Positions 35,901 to 47,900 of a stretch of 64,000 nucleotides of DNA are shown one piece after another (positions within the stretch are counted from its first letter, which is position 1; every line of letters begins with the position of its first letter). Location: assembly GCF_009914755.1 (NCBI RefSeq), contig NC_060947.1; one strand, 5' to 3'. The notes beneath the pieces were generated by a model, which was not told the origin of the DNA, searched no databases, and was given only the letters and a program-made list of their open reading frames with translations. The translations under genes were made by a program, and so were the position numbers. Origin of the DNA: the human T2T-CHM13v2.0 reference genome, Homo sapiens.

Positions 35901-38900
35901 AAAGAAGTTTCTGACAATGCTTCTCTCTCGTCTTTCTGTGAAGATAAAGGAAAAGGCTTTCAGGCCTTTTCCACCACAGGCCTGAAAGCGCTCCAAATGT
36001 CCACTTGCAGATTCTGCGAAAAGAATATTTCAAAACTGCTCTATGAAAAGCAATGTTAAACTCTGTGGCTCGAACACAAACATCACAAAGCAGTTTCTGA
36101 GAATGCTTCAGTTTAGTTTTTCTGTGGAAATATTCCCGTTTCCAAAGAAATCTTCAAAGAGGTCCACGTATCCACTTACAGATTCTACAAAAAGACAGTT
36201 TCAAAACTGCTCCATCAAAAGGAGGGTTCAACCGTGTGACTTGAATGCAATCATCACTCAGAAGTTTCTGAGAATGCTTCTCTTTAGTTTTTACGTGAAC
36301 ATATACCCGTTTCGAACGAAGGCCACCCAGTGGTCCAAATATCCACTTGCAGATTATACAGAAAGAGTGTTTCGAACCTGAACTCTCAAAGGCAGGTTCA
36401 TCTCTGCGAGTTAAATGCATTCATCATGAAGAACTTTCTCAGAGTGTTTGTGTTTAGTTATGGGAAATTATTCCCGTTTCCAACGAAATCCTCAGAGAGC
36501 TCCAAATATCCACCTGCAGATTCTACCAAAAGTGTATTTGGAAACTGCTCCATCAAAAGGCATGTTCAGCTCTGTGAGTGAAACTCCATCATCACAAAGA
36601 ATATTCTGAGAATGCTTCCGTTTGCCTTTTATATGAAGTTCCTTCCTGTACTACCGTAGGCCTCAAAGCAGTCCAAATCTCCATTTGCAGATTCTACAAA
36701 AAGAGTGATTCCAATCTGCTCTATCAATAGGATTGTTCAACTCCATGAGTTGAATGCCATCCTCACAAAGCAGTTTCTGAGAATGCTTCTATCTGGTTTT
36801 TGTGTGAAGATATTTCCTTTTCCACCACAGGCCTCAAAGCCCTCCAAACGTCCACTTGCAGATTCTTGAAAAAGAGTGTTTCATAGCTGCTCTTTCAAAA
36901 GGAAAGTTCAACTCTGGGAGTTGAATACAAACATCACAAAGTAGTTTCCGAGAATGCTTCTGTTTAGTTTTTATGTGAAGATGATCCCGTTTCCAGTGAA
37001 ATCTTCAAAGAAGTCCACATATCCCCTTGCAGATTCCAAAGAAAGAGGGTTTAATAACTGCTCCATCAGAAGGATTGTTCAACTCTGTGAGTTGAATGCA
37101 GTCATCGCAGAAAACTTTCTGAGAATGCTTCTGTCTAGGTTTGATGTGAAGATATAGACGTTTCAAACGAAGGCTACAAAGTGGTCAAAATATACACTTG
37201 CAGATTCTATTACAAGGGTGTTGCAAACCTGAACTATCAAAGGAAGGTTCAACTCTGTGAGTTGAATACAAACATCACAAAGAATGTTCTGAGTTTGCTT
37301 CCGTTCAGTTATGGGAAGTTGATCCCGTTTCCAACGAAATCCTCAGAGAGGTCCAAATATCCCCTCACAGATTCTACAAAACGTGTGTTTGGAAACTGCT
37401 CCATCATAACGAATGTTCAGCTCCCTGAGTTAAACTCCATCGTCACAAAGAATTTTCTGAGAGTGCTACCGTCTGGTTTTTATATGAAGTTCTTTCCTTC
37501 ACTACCACAGGCCTCAAAGCGGTCCAAATCTCCACTTGCAGATTCTACAAAAAGAGTGTTTGCAAACTGCTCTATCAAAAGGAATGTTCAACTCTGGGAG
37601 TTGAATGCAATCATCACAGAGCAGTTTCTGAGAATGCTTCTATGTCGTTTTTAGAAGATATTTCCTTTTCCAACACAGTCCTCCAAGCCCGCTAAATAGC
37701 CACTTGCACATTGTAGAAAAAGTGTGTCAAAGCTGCGCTATCAAAGGGAAAGTTCAACTCTGTGAGGTGAATGCAAACATCCCAAAGAAGTTTCTGAGAA
37801 TGCTTCCGTTTAGCTTTTAGGTGAAGATTATCCCGTTTCCAACGAAACCTTCAAAGAGGTGCAAATATCCCCTTGCGGATCCCACAGAAAGAGTGTTTCG
37901 AAACTGCTGTTTCAAAAGGAATCTTCAACTCTGTGAGTTGAATGCAATCATCACAAAGAAGTTTCTGACAATGCTTCTCTCTCGTCTTTCTGTGAAGATA
38001 AAGAAAAGGCTTTCAGGCCTTTTCCACCACAGGCCTGAAAGCGCTCCAAATGTCCACTTGCAGATTCTGCGAAAAGAATATTTCAAAACTGCTCTATGAA
38101 AAGCAATGTTAAACTCTGTGGCTCGAACACAAACATCACAAAGCAGTTTCTGAGAATGCTTCAGTTTAGTTTTTCTGTGGAAATATTCCCGTTTCCAAAG
38201 AAATCTTCAAAGAGGTCCACGTATCCACTTACAGATTCTACAAAAAGACAGTTTCAAAACTGCTCCATCAAAAGGAGGGTTCAACTGTGTGACTTGAATG
38301 CAATCATCACTCAGAAGTTTCTGAGAATGCTTCTCTTTAGTTTTTACGTGAACATATACCCGTTTCGAACGAAGGCCACCCAGTGGTCCAAATATCCACT
38401 TGCAGATTATACAGAAAGAGTGTTTCGAACCTGAACTCTCAAAGGCAGGTTCATCTCTGCGAGTTAAATGCATTCATCATGAAGAACTTTCTCAGCGTGT
38501 TTGTGTTTAGGTATAGGAAATTATTCCCGTTTCCAACGAAATCCTCAAAGAGCTCCAAATATCCACCTGCAGATTCTACCAAAAGTGTATTTGGAAACTG
38601 CTCCATCAAAAGGCATGTTCAGCTCTGTGAGTGAAACTCCATCATCACAAAGAATATTCTGAGAATGCTTCCGTTTGCCTTTTATATGAAGTTCCTTCCT
38701 GTACTACCGTAGGCCTCAAAGCAGTCCAAATCTCCATTTGCAGATTCTACAAAAAGAGTGATTCCAATCTGCTCTATCAATAGGATTGTTCAACTCCATG
38801 AGTTGAATGCCATCCTCACAAAGTCGTTTCTGAGAATGCTTCTATCTGGTTTTTGTGTGAAGATATTTCCTTTTCCACCACAGGCCTCAAAGCCCTCCAA

Positions 38901-41900
38901 ACGTCCACTTGCAGATTCTCGAAAAAGAGTGTTTCATAGCTGCTCTTTCAAAAGGAAAGTTCAACTCTGGGAGTTGAATACAAACATCACAAAATAGTTT
39001 CCGAGAATGCTTCTGTTTAGTTTTTATGTGAAGATGATCCCGTTTCCAGTGAAATCTTCAAAGAGGTCCACATATCCCCTTGCAGATTCCAAAGAAAGAG
39101 GGTTTAAAAACTGCTCCATCAGAAGGATTGTTCAACTCTGTGAGTTGAATGCAGTCATCGCAGAAAACTTTCTGAGAATGCTTCTGTCTAGGTTTGATGT
39201 GAAGATATAGACGTTTCAAACGAAGGCTACAAAGTGGTCAAAATATACACTTGCAGATTCTACTACAAGGGTGTTGCAAACCTGAACTATCAAAGGAAGG
39301 TTCAACTCTGTGAGTTGAATACAAACATCACAAAGAATGTTCTGAGTTTGCTTCCGTTCAGTTATGGGAAGTTGATCCCGTTTCCAACGAAATCCTCAGA
39401 GAGGTCCAAATATCCCCTCGCAGATTCTACAAAACGTGTGTTTGGAAACTGCTCCATCATAACGAATGTTCAGCTCCCTGAGTTAAACTCCATCGTCACA
39501 AAGAATTTTCTGAGAGTGCTACCGTCTGGTTTTTATATGAAGTTCTTTCCTTCACTACGACAGGCCTCAAAGCGGTCCAAATCTCCACTTGCAGATTCTA
39601 CAAAAAGAGTGTTTGCAAACTGCTCTATCAAAAGGAATGTTCAACTCTGGGAGTTGAATGCAATCATCACAGAGCAGTTTCTGAGAATGCTTCTATGTCG
39701 TTTTTAGGAGAAGATATTTCCTTTTCCAACACAGTCCTCCAAGCCCGCTAAATAGCCACTTGCACATTGTAGAAAAAGTGTGTCAAAGCTGCGCTATCAA
39801 AGGGAAAGTTCAACTCTGTGAGGTGAATGCAAACATCCCAAAGAAGTTTCTGAGAATGCTTCCGTTTAGCTTTTAGGTGAAGATTATCCCGTTTCCAACG
39901 AAACCTTCAAAGAGGTCCAAATATCCCCTTGCGGATCCCACAGAAAGAGTGTTTCGAAACTGCTGTTTCAAAAGGAATCTTCAACTCTGTGAGTTGAATG
40001 CAATCATCACAAAGAAGTTTCTGACAATGCTTCTCTCTCGTCTTTCTGTGAAGATAAAGGAAAAGGCTTTCAGGCCTTTGCCACCACAGGCCTGAAAGCG
40101 CTCCAAATGTCCACTTGCAGATTCTGCCAAAAGAATATTTCAAAACTGCTCTATGAAAAGCAATGTTAAACTCTGCGGCTCGAACACAAACATCACAAAG
40201 CGGTTTCTGAGAATGCTTCAGTTTAGTTTTTCTGTGGAAATATTCCCGTTTCCAAAGAAATCTTCAAAGAGGTCCACGTATCCACTTACAGATTCTACAA
40301 AAAGACAGTTTCAAAACTGCTCCATCAAAAGGAGGGTTCAACTGTGTGACTTCAATGCAATCATCACTCAGAAGTTTCTGAGAATGCTTCTCTTTAGTTT
40401 TTACGTGAACATATACCCGTTTCGAACGAAGGCCACCCAGTGGTCCAAATATCCACTTGCAGATTATACAGAAAGAGTGTTTCGAACCTGAACTCTCAAA
40501 GGCAGGTTCATCTCTGCGAGTTAAATGCATTCATCATGAAGAACTTTCTCAGAGTGTTTGTGCTTAGTTATGGGAAATTATTCCCGTTTCCAACGAAATC
40601 CTAAGAGTGGTCCAAATATCCACCTGCAGATTCTACCAAAAGTGTATTTGGAAACTGCTCCATCAAAAGGCATGTTCAGCTCTGTGAGTGAAACTCCATC
40701 ATCACAAAGAATATTCTGAGAATGCTTCCGTTTGCCTTTTATCTGAAGTTCCTTCCTATACGACCGTAGGCCTCAAAGCAGTCCAAATCTCCATTTGCAG
40801 ATTCTACAAAAAGAGTGATTCCAATCTGCTCTATCAATAGGATTGTTCAACTCCATGAGTTGAATGCCATCCTCACAAAGTCGTTTCTGAGAATGCTTCT
40901 ATCTAGTTTTTATGTGAAGATATTTCCTTTTCCACCACAGGCCTCAAAGCCCTCCAAACGTCCACTTGCAGATTCTCGAAAAAGAGTGTTTTATAGCTGC
41001 TCTTTCAAAAGGAAAGTTCAACTCTGGGAGTTGAATACAAACATCACAAAGTAGTTTCCGAGAATGCTTCTGTTTAGTTTTTATGTGAAGATGATCCCGT
41101 TTCCAGTGAAATCTTCAAAGAGGTCCACATATCCCCTTGCAGATTCCAAAGAAAGAGGGTTTCAAAACTGCTCCATCAGAAGGATTGTTCAACTCTGTGA
41201 GTTGAATGCAGTCATCGCAGAAAACTTTCTGAGAATGCTTCTGTCTAGGTTTGATGTGAAGATATAGATGTTTCAAACGAAGGCTACAAAGTGGTCAAAA
41301 TATACACTTGCAGATTCTACTACAAGGGTGTTGCAAACCTGAACTATCAAAGGAAGGTTCAACTCTGTGAGTTGAATACAAACATCACAAAGAATGTTCT
41401 GAGTTTGCTTCCGTTCAGTTATGGGAAGTTGATCCCGTTTCCAACGAAATCCTCAGAGAGGTCCAAATATCCCCTTGCAGATTCTACAAAACGTGTGTTT
41501 GGAAACTGCTCCATCATAACGAATGTTCAGCTCCCTGAGTTAAACTCCATCGTCACAAAGAATTTTCTGAGAGTGCTACCGTCTGGTTTTTATATGAAGT
41601 TCTTTCCTTCACTACCACAGGCCTCAAAGCGGTCCAAATCTCCACTTGCAGATTCTACAAAAAGAGTGTTTGCAAACTGCTCTATCAAAAGGAATGTTCA
41701 ACTCTGGGAGTTGAATGCAATCATCACAGAGCAGTTTCTGAGAATGCTTCTATGTCGTTTTTAGGAGAAGATATTTCCTTTTCCAACACAGTCCTCCAAG
41801 CCCGCTAAATAGCCACTTGCACATTGTAGAAAAAGTGTGTCAAAGCTGCGCTATCAAAGGGAAAGTTCAACTCTGTGAGGTGAATGCAAACATCCCAAAG

Positions 41901-44900
41901 AAGTTTCTGAGAATGCTTCCGTTTAGCTTTTAGGTGAGGATTATCCCGTTTCCAACGAAACCTTCAAAGAGGTCCAAATATCCCCTTGCGGATCCCACAG
42001 AAAGAGTGTTTCGAAACTGCTGTTTCAAAAGGAATCTTCAACTCTGTGAGTTGAATGCAATCATCACAAAGAAGTTTCTGACAATGCTTCTCTCTCGTCT
42101 TTCTGTGAAGATAAAGGAAAAGGCTTTCAGGCCTTTTCCACCACAGGCCTGAAAGCGCTCCAAATGTCCACTTGCAGATTCTGCGAAAAGAATATTTCAA
42201 AACTGCTCTATGAAAAGCAATGTTAAACTCTGTGGCTCGAACACAAACATCACAAAGCAGTTTCTGAGAATGCTTCAGTTTAGTTTTTCTGTGGAAATAT
42301 TCCCGTTTCCAAAGAAATCTTCAAAGAGGTCCACGTATCCACTTACAGATTCTACAAAAAGACAGTTTCAAAACTGCTCCATCAAAAGGAGGGTTCAACT
42401 GTGTGACTTGAATGCAATCATCACTCAGAAGTTTCTGAGAATGCTTCTCTTTAGTTTTTACGTGAACATATACCCGTTTCGAACGAAGGCCACCCAGTGG
42501 TCCAAATATCCACTTGCAGATTCTACAGAAAGAGTGTTTCGAACCTGAACTCTCAAAGGCAGGTTCATCTCTGCGAGTTAAATGCATTCATCATGAAGAA
42601 CTTTCTCAGAGTATTTGTGTTTAGTTATGGGAAATTATTCCCGTTTCCAAAGAAATCCTCAGAGAGCTCCAAATATCCACCTGCAGATTCTACCAAAAGT
42701 GTATTTGGAAACTGCTCCATCAAAAGGCATGTTCAGCTCTGTGAGTGAAACTCCATCATCACAAAGAATATTCTGAGAATGCTTCCGTTTGCCTTTTATA
42801 TGAACTTCCTTCCTGTACTACCGTAGGCCTCAAAGCAGTCCAAATCTCCATTTGCAGATTCTACAAAAAGAGTGATTCCAATCTGCTCTATCAATAGGAT
42901 TGTTCAACTCCATGAGTTGAATGCCATCCTCACAAAGTAGTTTCTGAGAATGCTTCTATCTGGTTTTTGTGTGAAGATATTTCCTTTTCCACCACAGGTC
43001 TCAAAGCCCTCCAAACGTCCACTTGCAGATTCTCGAAAAAGAGTGTTTCATAGCTGCTCTTTCAAAAGGAAAGTTCAACTCTGGGAGTTGAATACAAACA
43101 TCACAAAATAGTTTCCGAGAATGCTTCAGTTTAGTTTTTATGTGAAGATGATCCCGTTTCCAGTGAAATCTTCAAAGAGGTCCACATATCCCCTTGCAGA
43201 TTCCAAAGAAAGAGGGTTTCAAAACTGCTCCATCAGAAGGATTGTTCAACTCTGTGAGTTGAATGCAGTCATCGCAGAAAACTTTCTGAGAATGCTTCTG
43301 TCTAGGTTTGATGTGAAGATATAGATGTTTCAAACGAAGGCTACAAAGTGGTCAAAATATACACTTGCAGATTCTACTACAAGGGTGTTGCAAACCTGAA
43401 CTATCAAAGGAAGGTTCAACTCTGTGAGTTGAATACAAACATCACAAAGAATGTTCTGAGTTTGCTTCCGTTCAGTTATGGGAAGTTGATCCCGTTTCCA
43501 ACGAAATCCTCAGAGAGGTCCAAATATCCCCTTGCAGATTCTACAAAACGTGTGTTTGGAAACTGCTCCATCATAACGAATGTTCAGCTCCCTGAGTTAA
43601 ACTCCATCGTCACAAAGAATTTTCTGAGAGTGCTACCGTCTGGTTTTTATATGAAGTTCTTTCCTTCACTACCACAGGCCTCAAAGCGGTCCAAATCTCC
43701 ACTTGCAGATTCTACAAAAAGAGTGTTTGCAAACTGCTCTATCAAAAGGAATGTTCAACTCTGGGAGTTGAATGCAATCATCACAGAGCAGTTTCTGAGA
43801 ATGCTTCTATGTCGTTTTTAGGAGAAGATATTTCCTTTTCCAACACAATCCTCCAAGCCCGCTAAATAGCCACTTGCACATTGTAGAAAAAGTGTGTCAA
43901 AGCTGCGCTATCAAAGGGAAAGTTCAACTCTGTGAGGTGAATGCAAACATCCCAAAGAAGTTTCTGAGAATGCTTCCGTTTAGCTTTTAGGTGAAGATTA
44001 TCCCGTTTCCAACGAAACCTTCAAAGAGGTCCAAATATCCCCTTGCGGATCCCACAGAAAGAGTGTTTCAAAACTGCTGTTTCAAAAGGAATCTTCAACT
44101 CTGTGAGTTGAATGCAATCATCACAAAGAAGTTTCTGACAATGCTTCTCTCTCGTCTTTCTGTGAAGATAAAGGAAAAGGCTTTCAGGCCTTTTCCACCA
44201 CAGGCCTGAAAGCGCTCCAAATGTCCACTTGCAGATTCTGCGAAAAGAATATTTCAAAACTGCTCTATGAAAAGCAATGTTAAACTCTGTGGCTGGAACA
44301 CAAACATCACAAAGCGGTTTCTGAGAATGTTTCAGTTTAGTTTTTCTGTGGAAATATTCCCGTTTCCAAAGAAATCTTCAAAGAGGTCCACGTATCCACT
44401 TACAGATTCTACAAAAAGACAGTTTCAAAACTGCTCCATCAAAAGGAGGGTTCAACTGTGTGACTTGAATGCAATCATCACTCAGAAGTTTCTGAGAATG
44501 CTTCTCTTTAGTTTTTACGTGAACATATACCCGTTTCGAACGAAGGCCACCCAGTGGTCCAAATATCCACTTGCAGATTATACAGAAAGAGTGTTTCGAA
44601 CCTGAACTCTCAAAGGCAGGTTCATCTCTGCGAGTTAAATGCATTCATCATGAAGAACTTTCTCAGAGTGTTTGTGCTTAGTTATGGGAAATTATTCCCG
44701 TTTCCAACGAAATCCTAAGAGTGGTCCAAATATCCACCTGCAGATTCTACCAAAAGTGTATTTGGAAACTGCTCCATCAAAAGGCATGTTCAGCTCTGTG
44801 AGTGAAACTCCATCATCACAAAGAATATTCTGAGAATGCTTCCGTTTGCCTTTTATCTGAAGTTCCTTCCTATACGACCGTAGGCCTCAAAGCAGTCCAA

Positions 44901-47900
44901 ATCTCCATTTGCAGATTCTACAAAAAGAGTGATTCCAATCTGCTCTATCAATAGGATTGTTCAACTCCATGAGTTGAATGCCATCCTCACAAAGTCGTTT
45001 CTGAGAATGCTTCTATCTAGTTTTTATGTGAAGATATTTCCTTTTCCACCACAGGCCTCAAAGCCCTCCAAACGTCCACTTGCAGATTCTCGAAAAAGAG
45101 TGTTTTATAGCTGCTCTTTCAAAAGGAAAGTTCAACTCTGGGAGTTGAATACAAACATCACAAAGTAGTTTCCGAGAATGCTTCTGTTTAGTTTTTATGT
45201 GAAGATGATCCCGTTTCCAGTGAAATCTTCAAAGAGGTCCACATATCCCCTTGCAGATTCCAAAGAAAGAGGGTTTCAAAACTGCTCCATCAGAAGGATT
45301 GTTCAACTCTGTGAGTTGAATGCAGTCATCGCAGAAAACTTTCTGAGAATGCTTCTGTCTAGGTTTGATGTGAAGATATAGATGTTTCAAACGAAGGCTA
45401 CAAAGTGGTCAAAATATACACTTGCAGATTCTACTACAAGGGTGTTGCAAACCTGAACTATCAAAGGAAGGTTCAACTCTGTGAGTTGAATACAAACATC
45501 ACAAAGAATGTTCTGAGTTTGCTTCCGTTCAGTTATGGGAAGTTGATCCCGTTTCCAACGAAATCCTCAGAGAGGTCCAAATATCCCCTTGCAGATTCTA
45601 CAAAACGTGTGTTTGGAAACTGCTCCATCATAACGAATGTTCAGCTCCCTGAGTTAAACTCCATCGTCACAAAGAATTTTCTGAGAGTGCTACCGTCTGG
45701 TTTTTATATGAAGTTCTTTCCTTCACTACCACAGGCCTCAAAGCGGTCCAAATCTCCACTTGCAGATTCTACAAAAAGAGTGTTTGCAAACTGCTCTATC
45801 AAAAGGAATGTTCAACTCTGGGAGTTGAATGCAATCATCACAGAGCAGTTTCTGAGAATGCTTCTATGTCGTTTTTAGGAGAAGATATTTCCTTTTCCAA
45901 CACAGTCCTCCAAGCCCGCTAAATAGCCACTTGCACATTGTAGAAAAAGTGTGTCAAAGCTGCGCTATCAAAGGGAAAGTTCAACTCTGTGAGGTGAATG
46001 CAAACATCCCAAAGAAGTTTCTGAGAATGCTTCCGTTTAGCTTTTAGGTGAGGATTATCCCGTTTCCAACGAAACCTTCAAAGAGGTCCAAATATCCCCT
46101 TGCGGATCCCACAGAAAGAGTGTTTCGAAACTGCTGTTTCAAAAGGAATCTTCAACTCTGTGAGTTGAATGCAATCATCACAAAGAAGTTTCTGACAATG
46201 CTTCTCTCTCGTCTTTCTGTGAAGATAAAGGAAAAGGCTTTCAGGCCTTTTCCACCACAGGCCTGAAAGCGCTCCAAATGTCCACTTGCAGATTCTGCGA
46301 AAAGAATATTTCAAAACTGCTCTATGAAAAGCAATGTTAAACTCTGTGGCTCGAACACAAACATCACAAAGCAGTTTCTGAGAATGCTTCAGTTTAGTTT
46401 TTCTGTGGAAATATTCCCGTTTCCAAAGAAATCTTCAAAGAGGTCCACGTATCCACTTACAGATTCTACAAAAAGACAGTTTCAAAACTGCTCCATCAAA
46501 AGGAGGGTTCAACTGTGTGACTTGAATGCAATCATCACTCAGAAGTTTCTGAGAATGCTTCTCTTTAGTTTTTACGTGAACATATACCCGTTTCGAACGA
46601 AGGCCACCCAGTGGTCCAAATATCCACTTGCAGATTCTACAGAAAGAGTGTTTCGAACCTGAACTCTCAAAGGCAGGTTCATCTCTGCGAGTTAAATGCA
46701 TTCATCATGAAGAACTTTCTCAGAGTATTTGTGTTTAGTTATGGGAAATTATTCCCGTTTCCAAAGAAATCCTCAGAGAGCTCCAAATATCCACCTGCAG
46801 ATTCTACCAAAAGTGTATTTGGAAACTGCTCCATCAAAAGGCATGTTCAGCTCTGTGAGTGAAACTCCATCATCACAAAGAATATTCTGAGAATGCTTCC
46901 GTTTGCCTTTTATATGAACTTCCTTCCTGTACTACCGTAGGCCTCAAAGCAGTCCAAATCTCCATTTGCAGATTCTACAAAAAGAGTGATTCCAATCTGC
47001 TCTATCAATAGGATTGTTCAACTCCATGAGTTGAATGCCATCCTCACAAAGTAGTTTCTGAGAATGCTTCTATCTGGTTTTTGTGTGAAGATATTTCCTT
47101 TTCCACCACAGGTCTCAAAGCCCTCCAAACGTCCACTTGCAGATTCTCGAAAAAGAGTGTTTCATAGCTGCTCTTTCAAAAGGAAAGTTCAACTCTGGGA
47201 GTTGAATACAAACATCACAAAATAGTTTCCGAGAATGCTTCAGTTTAGTTTTTATGTGAAGATGATCCCGTTTCCAGTGAAATCTTCAAAGAGGTCCACA
47301 TATCCCCTTGCAGATTCCAAAGAAAGAGGGTTTCAAAACTGCTCCATCAGAAGGATTGTTCAACTCTGTGAGTTGAATGCAGTCATCGCAGAAAACTTTC
47401 TGAGAATGCTTCTGTCTAGGTTTGATGTGAAGATATAGATGTTTCAAACGAAGGCTACAAAGTGGTCAAAATATACACTTGCAGATTCTACTACAAGGGT
47501 GTTGCAAACCTGAACTATCAAAGGAAGGTTCAACTCTGTGAGTTGAATACAAACATCACAAAGAATGTTCTGAGTTTGCTTCCGTTCAGTTATGGGAAGT
47601 TGATCCCGTTTCCAACGAAATCCTCAGAGAGGTCCAAATATCCCCTTGCAGATTCTACAAAACGTGTGTTTGGAAACTGCTCCATCATAACGAATGTTCA
47701 GCTCCCTGAGTTAAACTCCATCGTCACAAAGAATTTTCTGAGAGTGCTACCGTCTGGTTTTTATATGAAGTTCTTTCCTTCACTACCACAGGCCTCAAAG
47801 CGGTCCAAATCTCCACTTGCAGATTCTACAAAAAGAGTGTTTGCAAACTGCTCTATCAAAAGGAATGTTCAACTCTGGGAGTTGAATGCAATCATCACAG

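Noticed and set aside
37821-38099. Extended 92-aa ORF, and new minus-strand MESARG... ORFs at 18315, 20373 and 22434
   Set aside because: Simple frameshift by-products of the 1-bp deletion (~38003) and the GATC duplication.
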